Sequence record: PP712906.1
Direction: 5' to 3' (one strand)
DNA length: 64,000 bases
Below, one piece after another: positions 28,424-34,854 of the stretch; the stretch's first letter is position 1, and each line of letters starts with the position of its first letter. Both the position numbers and the translations under genes were made by a program. The notes beneath the pieces are model-generated. The model had not been told where the DNA came from. It ran no database searches and was given only the letters and a program-made list of their open reading frames with translations.

Positions 28424-28657
28424 TCATGAAAAATCGAACTTTCGGGTTAATTGCACATCAAATTTGCGCTCGAAACGACAACGCTCAGTACCGTAAAGCA
28501 CATCATCGAGCGTAAAGCGTTTACGTTTTTGTGTGTGTAGGTTCATATAACGCTCTAGAGCAGCTTCTGAGTCGAATTCAATACGTTCACAACGTCTTTG
28601 TTCGGATGTCTGAGAATAATCGCTTACAACGCGATACAGAAACAATCCGCGTATCAC
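28424..28657 (-). CDS. hypothetical protein
   Basis: GTG-start ORF. Confidence 0.55.
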   Translation of the reverse strand: MIRGLFLYRVVSDYSQTSEQRRCERIEFDSEAALERYMNLHTQKRKRFTLDDVLYGTERCRFERKFDVQLTRKFDFS

Positions 28658-28664
28658 AACTGCA

Positions 28665-28802
28665 TTAAGAGAATTTGAAGTTTTTTACAGTAACGCCGTC
28701 AATATCACCGAATTCACTCATGGTAAAGATGATCTCTGAGTCTGGCATTTCAGCGACGCGCTTCATTTTAGCTATTGATGTTCGTTTATTAGATTTGTAC
28801 AT
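28665..28802 (-). CDS. small hypothetical protein (45 aa; not in ORF track)
   Basis: GAGGTG RBS; MYKSNKRTSIAKMKRVAEMPDSEIIF... Confidence 0.55.
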   Translation of the reverse strand: MYKSNKRTSIAKMKRVAEMPDSEIIFTMSEFGDIDGVTVKNFKFS

Positions 28803-28888
28803 TTTATCACCTCATAACGACTGTACACGATTTATCAGACACCATAAACAAAAAAACCTGCTCAAGGCAGGTTTAGATGTGCAATACA

Positions 28889-29136
28889 CAGACATTCGAG
28901 AATTGTTTTATCGTCTTTCCTTAAATCTCAATTGACTATCTCGATGTTTCTCATCAAGAGAATACCCATGATTCGGCATGAGACCTATTTCGTTTAACAG
29001 TACGAGCACCGTCTTAATGGTCATTTCCTACCACGAGAATGCGACAGGCTCACGTCATCACTGAGAAAGCAGCTAGTGCGCCTCATTACTATTAAAGTTT
29101 GCTTCTTTGATTAGTAATAGTTGCTGTACAATGTCT
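28889..29136 (-). ncRNA. CAGCAA-motif RNA, large form (copy B)
   Basis: 5' AGACAUU-GUA-CAGCAA pairs with 3' AAUGUCU-G; starts 11 nt after tRNA-Ser CCA; paralogous to copy D. Confidence 0.7.
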
Positions 29137-29147
29137 TATTGCGAATT

Positions 29148-29236
29148 TGGCGGAGATACTGGGAATCGAACCCAGAGAACGCTATTAACGTCCGACACCT
29201 TAGCAGGGTGCTGTCATACCTTTAGACCATATCTCC
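29148..29236 (-). tRNA. tRNA-Ser(GCU)
   Basis: GGAGAUA/UAUCUCC, loop CUGCUAA, long variable arm, CCA. Confidence 0.95.
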
Positions 29237-29241
29237 GTAGA

Positions 29242-29421
29242 TCATTTCTTACCACGCTCTGCTTTGCTAATCTCGACAGCAGCGATTTGCGCGTTGGCTT
29301 CTTTCTCAGTGTCATGAGTACCAAGTACTCGACCTTTAGATGAAAGAGCAACCCATTTGTCGCCACGCTTCTCGACTTTCTCAACAAGCTTGTGATATTC
29401 ATCAAACGTTTTAAGTTTCAT
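29242..29421 (-). CDS. 59-aa putative internal head protein (not in ORF track)
   Basis: MKLKTFDEYHKLVEKVEKRGDKW...; TATAAATA at 29447-29454 and GAGGGA RBS. Confidence 0.75.
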   Translation of the reverse strand: MKLKTFDEYHKLVEKVEKRGDKWVALSSKGRVLGTHDTEKEANAQIAAVEISKAERGKK

Positions 29422-29471
29422 TTGTCATCCCTCAGTTAGTTTATTGTATTTATAACTGAACGACTTTTAAA

Positions 29472-29531
29472 CAGTGGCATGCTGCTCTCATGCTCAGACA
29501 CATATTTGCTCTTATTGCTGGCGTGTGCCAC
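29472..29531 (-). ncRNA. CAGCAA-motif RNA (copy C)
   Basis: GUGGCA-CACGC-CAGCAA ... UGCCAC-UG; spacing is 11 nt rather than 9. Confidence 0.55.
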
Positions 29532-29676
29532 GCGCTTCGCAGATCCCTTTTGATAATTTAACGACCAGCGGGACTCTTAGCAGGTCTACACATAGCCTTT
29601 CAGCTATATCTTCTTTTAAGACCATAGTGTCGTACGGTCTATTCACTCTCTTTCGATTCGCGTTGCTAAGTGAATT

Positions 29677-29753
29677 TGGTGCCCAACCCGAGATTCGAAC
29701 TCGGAACTTCTAGTGTTTGAAACTAGCGACTCTGCCAATTGGCCTAGTTGGGC
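29677..29753 (-). tRNA. tRNA-Leu(CAA), short variable arm
   Basis: GCCCAAC/GUUGGGC, loop UUCAAAC, CCA. Confidence 0.92.
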
Positions 29754-29870
29754 TTGAATAAGCTGCCGCAACTCTTTAATCCCTAACGCCTGTCAGCTTT
29801 CGCTCGGCTGAGACCGTTTTTTCAACGGCGGTAGTCTAGCTTCGTGTAGAACGCGGCTTATGCTAGAGTT

Positions 29871-29947
29871 TGGTACGCACGGGCGGATTCGAACCGCCAT
29901 CCCTGAGATTTTAAGCCTCATGCCTCTGCCAATTGGACCACGTGCGC
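29871..29947 (-). tRNA. tRNA-Leu(UAA), short variable arm
   Basis: GCGCACG/CGUGCGU, loop CUUAAAA, CCA. Confidence 0.92.
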
Positions 29948-29949
29948 AG

Positions 29950-30023
29950 TGGAGCCCGAACAGAGAATCGAACTCTGACCGCGGGATTTGCAATCCCTCA
30001 TACTTCCATTATACGATTCGGGC
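29950..30023 (-). tRNA. tRNA-Cys(GCA)
   Basis: GCCCGAA/UUCGGGC, loop UUGCAAA, U73, CCA. Confidence 0.94.
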
Positions 30024-30031
30024 AATTTGTT

Positions 30032-30125
30032 AGTGCATTGCATGGACTACTGGCGATCTTAATGGGTATCTCAAGCATTCAGAATTCCCATGCGCTACTA
30101 CAATGCTTTTTTCGCTAAATGCACT
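30032..30125 (-). ncRNA. structured spacer, possible divergent motif copy
   Basis: AGUGCAUU/AAUGCACU terminal stem followed by UAGCGAA instead of CAGCAA. Confidence 0.4.
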
Positions 30126-30126
30126 T

Positions 30127-30203
30127 TGGGGTGACAGACGGGGATCGAACCCGCATCTTCCGGAATCACAACCCGGGGGTATTTCCACTTCACCCACTGC
30201 CAC
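30127..30203 (-). tRNA. tRNA-His(GUG)
   Basis: GUGGCAG/CUGUCAC, loop UUGUGAU, C73, CCA; encoded -1 base is U. Confidence 0.94.
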
Positions 30204-30257
30204 ACCAAAGTACACTTTGGGATGTTTACGACATCAAACGAATGCGCTCCCTGTGCA

Positions 30258-30497
30258 TTAATCAGATTTCTTTAAGTAGATACTATCAGGCGATAGCTCT
30301 CTTGTAAACATATTTTTGAAATAAATTTCGATGTCATCAGAAGTTGTTGAAGACTCAATTTCAAGAGCACGTTCTAAAATCTTACCGCGTTTATAACCAG
30401 CGCGCCAACAGTCAAACATAAGCCTGTCCATGCGTTTCAGTTTTTCAATTTGGTTTTGATTTACGTATTCGTGAGTTTCAAGTAATACAGGCGTCAT
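30258..30497 (-). CDS. hypothetical protein
   Basis: ORF between tRNAs. Confidence 0.6.
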   Translation of the reverse strand: MTPVLLETHEYVNQNQIEKLKRMDRLMFDCWRAGYKRGKILERALEIESSTTSDDIEIYFKNMFTRELSPDSIYLKKSD

Positions 30498-30520
30498 AAT
30501 TTATTTCTCATCATAAAGAA

Positions 30521-30594
30521 TGGTAGTCCCTAGTGGAATCGAGCCACTTCTTTCTCTGTGTAAAAGAGACGTACTGCCATTATACTAAGGGACC
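30521..30594 (-). tRNA. tRNA-Val(UAC)
   Basis: GGUCCCU/AGGGACU, loop UUUACAC, T-loop begins with C, CCA. Confidence 0.92.
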
Positions 30595-30599
30595 AAAAT

Positions 30600-30673
30600 T
30601 GGAGCGGGTACACGGACTCGAACCGAGACGAACGACTTGGAAGGACGTCATGCTACCATTACATCATACCCGC
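30600..30673 (-). tRNA. tRNA-Gly(UCC)
   Basis: GCGGGUA/UACCCGC, loop CUUCCAA, U73, CCA. Confidence 0.94.
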
Positions 30674-30860
30674 ATTGTTAATCTGAAGCGTCGAACAAAT
30701 CACGTATTGCACGCAGATTCGTAAGCTCTACAGTAAGTGTTCTTATAAAGAACGGGTTGGTCTCTTTCGCGAGACGATTTTCAACACAGCGAATCTTATC
30801 GCGTATGTTGCCCTTGCTTAGTGTAAAGTAGTCATGCTTCTTATCCTCTTTGCTTGAATT

Positions 30861-30936
30861 TGGTGGAGACACCGATACTCGAAATCGGATCTAATGGCTT
30901 ATGAGACCATTGCTCTACCACTTGAGCTACATCTCC
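30861..30936 (-). tRNA. tRNA(CAU), probably elongator Met
   Basis: GGAGAUG/UGUCUCC, loop CUCAUAA, CCA. Confidence 0.88.
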
Positions 30937-30957
30937 AAAAGTAGTAATTAACTCATT

Positions 30958-31160
30958 TAATCGCACACGGGCTGACACCATATATTCATGGTCTGAGCGA
31001 GGAACCACATAGTGGGTACTATTACCTCATCTTAGTTTTGATTGTTTTACATGACGATAACTAGAAACGTTCATAATAATGCCACGCGATACTTCCTGTA
31101 TCACGGCTAACTGAGTTAGCATATCGTGCCTTTCGGCTGTAGTGTCGTTTCCGACGAATT
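30958..31160 (-). ncRNA. hairpin-rich non-coding spacer
   Basis: At least five hairpins, including GUCG-GAAA-CGAC, GCC-GAAA-GGC and CGUGAUAC/GUAUCGCG; no convincing ORF. Confidence 0.5.
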
Positions 31161-31165
31161 AAGTA

Positions 31166-31380
31166 CAGACAATACCGAAGTGTTTTTTCGTCTTTGACAT
31201 GAATCGGAGTTGACTATCTTGTTGCTTCTCAACAAGCAAATATCGTCTGCTTCAGCGACGCGCCTATCTGACTATTTCTAGGCAGAGAGAATCTTTCCTT
31301 TCAAGCTGCGCCGAAGCCACTGCCCAGGTGAAGATCATTACCATTTTTAAGTAATTTTAATTTGTTGCTGTATATTGTCT
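31166..31380 (-). ncRNA. CAGCAA-motif RNA, large form (copy D)
   Basis: AGACAAU-AUA-CAGCAA ... AUUGUCU-G; shares internal blocks with copy B. Confidence 0.7.
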
Positions 31381-31441
31381 CTCAAACCATGCTCGTGATA
31401 TGCCGAAGCAAGTATCATTCTTCGCATGATAGAGCTTAATT

Positions 31442-31517
31442 TGGCACGCCGTATGAGATTCGAACTCATAACCCCATCCTTAGAAGGGACGTGCTCTTCC
31501 AATTGAGCTAACAGCGC
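31442..31517 (-). tRNA. tRNA-Arg(UCU)
   Basis: GCGCUGU/ACGGCGU, loop CUUCUAA, CCA. Confidence 0.93.
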
Positions 31518-31594
31518 ATTGAAAAGAATTCGATCCATGAGCTATTGCGTAGAAGATGGTAGTAAAGAGACTCTACACTCATGTGATCGAAATT

Positions 31595-31669
31595 TGGTGG
31601 ACACGCAGGGAGTCGAACCCTATCTTCCTCATTGCAAGTGAGGCGCTTTCCCAATTAAGCTAACGGCCC
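31595..31669 (-). tRNA. tRNA-Ala(UGC), imperfect acceptor stem
   Basis: Loop CUUGCAA, G3:U70, CCA; lower acceptor needs a bulge to pair. Confidence 0.85.
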
Positions 31670-31676
31670 ATAATTA

Positions 31677-31886
31677 TTACAACTGTGTGATTGAAATATG
31701 ATCCCAGCCGTATAGACCTTCAAGCTCTTCAATCGGCTCACCAACAATATCAGAAATATATTCAGCAACTTTTGCTTCAATTTCTTCATCAGATAGTTTT
31801 TCATCAACAGAAAAAGCATCTTCGTTATTGTTGCCACCGAAATAGCCACCAATGTCATATTCACACCATATTGAAATATAATTCAT
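31677..31886 (-). CDS. acidic hypothetical protein (69 aa)
   Basis: Start MNYISIW with GAGAA RBS. Confidence 0.65.
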   Translation of the reverse strand: MNYISIWCEYDIGGYFGGNNNEDAFSVDEKLSDEEIEAKVAEYISDIVGEPIEELEGLYGWDHISITQL

Positions 31887-31911
31887 GTTATTCTCACAGT
31901 TGTTTAGAAAG

Positions 31912-31985
31912 TGGTGCCCCTGCTCAGAATCGAACTGAGATCGGATGCTTACAAGGCATCTGCTTGACCTTCCAGCTACAGAGGC
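31912..31985 (-). tRNA. tRNA-Thr(UGU)
   Basis: GCCUCUG/CAGGGGC, loop CUUGUAA, CCA. Confidence 0.93.
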
Positions 31986-31989
31986 GGTA

Positions 31990-32106
31990 CTGAGTGTTAT
32001 TACTTGCGTCGTCCAGACCAGTGATACCAACACTGAAAGGGAATCGAACCCTAAACATTTCTTTTCATCAGAAGAATATTAGTAAATTGTTTGCTGAAAA
32101 CACTCT
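31990..32106 (-). ncRNA. CAGCAA-motif RNA with permuted tRNA-like domain (copy E, YrlA-like)
   Basis: GAGUGUU-UU-CAGCAA ... AGGG-UUCGAUU-CCCU, UCAGUG/CACUGG closed hairpin, UGGA, AACACUC-AG. Confidence 0.75.
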
Positions 32107-32114
32107 ATGGTATT

Positions 32115-32188
32115 TGGCTGGGGATAACAGATTCGAACTGATACCAACGCATTCAAAGTACGTTATGCTGCCTTTACACCAATCCCCA
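32115..32188 (-). tRNA. tRNA-Gln(UUG)
   Basis: UGGGGAU/AUCCCCA, loop CUUUGAA, CCA. Confidence 0.94.
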
Positions 32189-32207
32189 ATTGTTCTTAAA
32201 TTATCTT

Positions 32208-32283
32208 TGGCGGAACCGACGGGTTTCGAACCCGCTACCTTCTCCGTGACAGGGAGACATGCAACCTTTTACACCTCGGCTCC
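32208..32283 (-). tRNA. tRNA-Asp(GUC)
   Basis: GGAGCCG/CGGUUCC, loop CUGUCAC, G73, CCA. Confidence 0.95.
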
Positions 32284-32354
32284 CCAAAGACAACTTAAAA
32301 GTAGTTGCTTTGTTTTTTTCAAGTCCACACTTAACGGTAGTGACTCTCCGAATT

Positions 32355-32430
32355 TGGCGCTTCATGTTGGACTCGAACCAACGACTCTCTGATTAACAGT
32401 CAGACACTCTACCAACTGAGTTAATGAAGC
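32355..32430 (-). tRNA. tRNA-Asn(GUU) copy 1
   Basis: GCUUCAU/AUGAAGC, loop CUGUUAA, CCA. Confidence 0.95.
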
Positions 32431-32431
32431 G

Positions 32432-32506
32432 TGGCGGGCGTGGAGAATTTCGAAATCTCGACTTGCAAGTTAACAGCTTGCTACTCTGCCTCTGAGTTAC
32501 ACACCC
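32432..32506 (-). tRNA. tRNA-Asn(GUU) copy 2
   Basis: GGGUGUG/CACGCCC, loop CUGUUAA, U:U at the base of the T loop, CCA. Confidence 0.9.
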
Positions 32507-32517
32507 TTGAATTTAAA

Positions 32518-32576
32518 CAGTAATCCTTTTTGCTTTTTCCAAATAAAAGTTTTGTATTGTTTGCTGTAAGATTACT
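32518..32576 (-). ncRNA. CAGCAA-motif RNA, minimal form (copy F)
   Basis: AGUAAUCU-UA-CAGCAA ... GGAUUACU-G; starts 5 nt after tRNA-Trp CCA. Confidence 0.72.
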
Positions 32577-32581
32577 TAAAC

Positions 32582-32655
32582 TGGCAGGGGCATAGAGATT
32601 CGAACTCTAACGAACGGGTTTGGAATCCGTCATGCTGCCTTTACATCATGCCCCT
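32582..32655 (-). tRNA. tRNA-Trp(CCA)
   Basis: AGGGGCA/UGCCCCU, loop UUCCAAA, G73, CCA. Confidence 0.92.
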
Positions 32656-32661
32656 AAAATT

Positions 32662-32735
32662 TGGTAGTCCCTAAGAGAATCGAACTCTTACCAAGCGATT
32701 ATCGGTCGCACGCTCTACCGTTGAGCTAAGGGACT
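32662..32735 (-). tRNA. tRNA-Ile(GAU)
   Basis: AGUCCCU/AGGGACU, loop CCGAUAA, CCA. Confidence 0.92.
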
Positions 32736-32798
32736 AAAGTGTGCGCATTTCAGCGCACTGTTAATCGGTTAAGTGACTAAACTTCCCGGTTAACTAAT

Positions 32799-32897
32799 TG
32801 GCGGAAGACTAGGGATTCGAACCCTAACATCACCTCCCGGTGACCGACGGTTTTCAAGACCGTTGCCGCTACCCAGAATCTTTCGGCTAAGCCTTCC
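32799..32897 (-). tRNA. tRNA-Ser(UGA), enlarged D loop
   Basis: GGAAGGC/GUCUUCC, loop CUUGAAA, long variable arm, 15-nt D loop, CCA. Confidence 0.9.
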
Positions 32898-32903
32898 TTT
32901 GTT

Positions 32904-32978
32904 TGGAAGCGAGTGCCAGAATCGAACTGACCTAGACTAGCTTATGAGACTAGTGAGTTCCCAGTACTCTTACTCGCA
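32904..32978 (-). tRNA. tRNA(CAU), initiator-like
   Basis: U1:U72 mismatch, loop CUCAUAA, CCA; lacks the three G-C pairs in the anticodon stem. Confidence 0.8.
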
Positions 32979-32979
32979 A

Positions 32980-33165
32980 TTATTTCGTATATTGAATCAG
33001 ACATGTATCTGATTGATAGATGAAAGTCCCTTCTGCCTTCTCGTCAACCTTAACGATGCAGCCGTTTGTACTCTTTTCAGCACGAGTTGATAGATCCGTT
33101 ACTGAAATGCCTGAACTACAAGCTGACAAACTTACTGCTAATACAAGTGCAAATAATGCTTTCAT
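32980..33165 (-). CDS. small lipoprotein
   Basis: Lipobox LSA-C after hydrophobic leader; GAAGG RBS. Confidence 0.75.
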   Translation of the reverse strand: MKALFALVLAVSLSACSSGISVTDLSTRAEKSTNGCIVKVDEKAEGTFIYQSDTCLIQYTK

Positions 33166-33186
33166 ATTACCTTCTCTTAAAAATTA

Positions 33187-33268
33187 CAGCTTGCGTTCTT
33201 TGGTCTATCAAGCGAATTCTGAATCAGACTTCGCACTACAGAGTAAGTTAAATTGCAGTATGCAAGCT
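33187..33268 (-). ncRNA. motif RNA (copy G, CUGCAA variant)
   Basis: AGCUUGC-AUA-CUGCAA ... GCAAGCU-G; starts 5 nt after tRNA-Tyr CCA. Confidence 0.68.
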
Positions 33269-33273
33269 AAAAT

Positions 33274-33360
33274 TGGTGGTTCGCCTAGGACTCGAACCTA
33301 GAAGCCCGTTAAGGGCGGGGGATTTACAATCCCTTGGCTTACCAATTAGCCTAACGAACC
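33274..33360 (-). tRNA. tRNA-Tyr(GUA)
   Basis: GGUUCGU/GCGAACC, loop UUGUAAA, long variable arm, CCA. Confidence 0.94.
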
Positions 33361-33717
33361 GATGTCTAATATACCAGCGTGTACTTCTCTATGACAATTT
33401 GCACAAAGCATCACACACTTGTCTAATTCGATTTTAGCGTTTTTAAAGCTAGACATTCGACCTTTATTTATCTCAAAGTCTTTACTATCAGGATCTTTGT
33501 GATGAAATTCCAGTGCGCTTATGCATCTATCGTAACCACAAGACTGACATTTTCCGCCCATGTACTCGACACAATCTGCTTTAAATTTTGCTCTATGTTC
33601 ATACACCTTAGCGTTACAGCAAGTTTTACAACTGCCTTCAATTCCGCTTTTAGTGTCGCTTCTTTTGTAATACTCAGTCAATGGCTTCATCGACTTGCAA
33701 GTAAAACATTCTTTCAT
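33346..33717 (-). mobile_element. free-standing HNH endonuclease
   Basis: Zn-binding CxxC pairs, LEFHH.D, KC..LCANCHREVH; 3' end overlaps tRNA-Tyr. Confidence 0.85.
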
Positions 33718-33784
33718 AACGTATCCTTTATTTATCAAGTGCTGTATCTCTACAGCGAAAGGTGCTACGCTATCAATTTAAAAA

Positions 33785-33859
33785 TGGTTCTCCCGACGAG
33801 ATTCGAACTCGCGCACTTCACCTTGAAAGGGTGATGACCTACCGTTAGTCCACGGGAGA
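33785..33859 (-). tRNA. tRNA-Glu(UUC)
   Basis: UCUCCCG/CGGGAGA, loop CUUUCAA, CCA. Confidence 0.93.
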
Positions 33860-34015
33860 ATTAAAAAGTATTTGTTAGCAAACTAGCAAGTTATCTGAGA
33901 TAATCATTTAACGAGCTCAGCTAGTAGGCTAACAGATACTCTTTCGAGTATTCATATCTAGTTTCTCACTTATTGCTTCAAAGTGACAGCTTATCTAGTT
34001 GCCTACGCTTAAATA

Positions 34016-34092
34016 TGGTACGCCGCCCTGGACTCGAACCAGACACCTGAGAGTTAAAAGCTCCCTGCTCTTCCATGATGAGCTACCGACGC
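34016..34092 (-). tRNA. tRNA-Lys(UUU) copy 1
   Basis: Loop CUUUUAA, G7:G66 mismatch, CCA. Confidence 0.9.
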
Positions 34093-34103
34093 ATTATAAA
34101 ATC

Positions 34104-34178
34104 TGGTGGGTCGCATGAGATTCGAACTCACACCGGTCTGGTTAAAAGCCAGATGTACTACCGTTATACGAACGACCC
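34104..34178 (-). tRNA. tRNA-Lys(UUU) copy 2
   Basis: GGGUCGU/GCGACCC, loop CUUUUAA, CCA. Confidence 0.94.
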
Positions 34179-34184
34179 AGAATG

Positions 34185-34259
34185 TGGTGCACCCCCTCGG
34201 AATCGAACCGAGCACTGCGGGACTTCAATCCGCCGCTTTTCCTGATAAGCTAAGGGTGC
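34185..34259 (-). tRNA. tRNA-Phe(GAA)
   Basis: GCACCCU/GGGGUGC, loop UUGAAGU, CCA. Confidence 0.9.
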
Positions 34260-34260
34260 A

Positions 34261-34337
34261 TGGTACGCATGAAGAGATTCGAACTCTTATCATTCGGCTT
34301 CTAAGACCGACGCCTCTGCCAATTGGGCTACATGCGC
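34261..34337 (-). tRNA. tRNA-Leu(UAG), short variable arm
   Basis: GCGCAUG/CAUGCGU, loop CUUAGAA, CCA. Confidence 0.92.
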
Positions 34338-34555
34338 ATTAAATTTTGTAAACTTCTTTTCTTCATTGTACATGATGTTTATATCGTTGTAAACATCTTT
34401 TTGAAATATTTTGAAGAACTTAACGTTTTCATTTCTATGTGTTAATATTAACACTCGCTCAAGACATCTTAAACACTAATTTGTGAAAAAGTTCGTTAAA
34501 TTCTATCATCACGACAGTACTTAACGAGATACGGTCCTAAGCGTATCATATCAAT

Positions 34556-34681
34556 TCAGAATGGTGAGACTTGAACTCACTTCGAGTAATAGCGTAAACT
34601 AACAGTTGTTGCCAGAGGCTATCAATTATTCTCTACCGAGTATGTTGCAACTCTGCATTTCCCCATTTCTAGGCATTCTGA
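34556..34681 (-). ncRNA. 126-nt tRNA-like element with expanded core
   Basis: UCAGAAUG/CAUUCUGA terminal stem and GUGAG-UUCAAGU-CUCAC T arm; no CCA and no clear anticodon arm. Confidence 0.5.
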
Positions 34682-34685
34682 AATA

Positions 34686-34761
34686 TGGCACCCCACAGAA
34701 GATTCGAACTTCTAACCTGCGCCTTCGTAGGACGCTGCTCTTCCAATTGAGCTAGTAGGGC
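34686..34761 (-). tRNA. tRNA-Arg(ACG)
   Basis: GCCCUAC/GUGGGGU, loop CUACGAA, CCA. Confidence 0.93.
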
Positions 34762-34768
34762 ATTAAAC

Positions 34769-34845
34769 TGGTCCGTGACAAGCGATTCGAACGCTTAACT
34801 TCTCCGCCCCAAACGGAGTACTCTACCAGATTGAGCTAGTCACGG
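34769..34845 (-). tRNA. tRNA-Pro(UGG) copy 1
   Basis: CCGUGAC/GUCACGG, loop UUUGGGG, CCA. Confidence 0.94.
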
Positions 34846-34854
34846 ATTTTAAAT

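Noticed and set aside
29214-29405. ORF-track 63-aa ORF
   Set aside because: Wrong frame; the 29242-29421 frame has the RBS and late promoter.
30678-30872. 64-aa ORF
   Set aside because: Its start lies inside a tRNA. The ATG after the GAGG RBS reads MTTLH* in another frame, so it may be a frameshifted remnant or a sequencing error; not called.
30958-31380. Group I intron or RNase P RNA (AAGAUAGUC and GGAAAG look-alikes, GNRA loops)
   Set aside because: No upstream P7 partner or exon context, and no RNase P CR-V. The AUAGUCAA block is better explained as shared with motif copy B.
32799-32897. 99-nt tRNA as tRNA-Sec
   Set aside because: The anticodon is UGA (Ser), not UCA, and the acceptor stem is 7 bp.
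33975-33997. UCACUU-UGAAGCAAU-AAGUGA hairpin as a further motif copy
   Set aside because: AAGCAA instead of CAGCAA and the first G is unpaired; too weak without a model score.
29871-34337. Anticodons UAA and UAG as nonsense suppressors or a recoded genome
   Set aside because: They read UUA and CUA (Leu). Suppressors would have CUA or UUA anticodons, and long genes are intact under the standard code.
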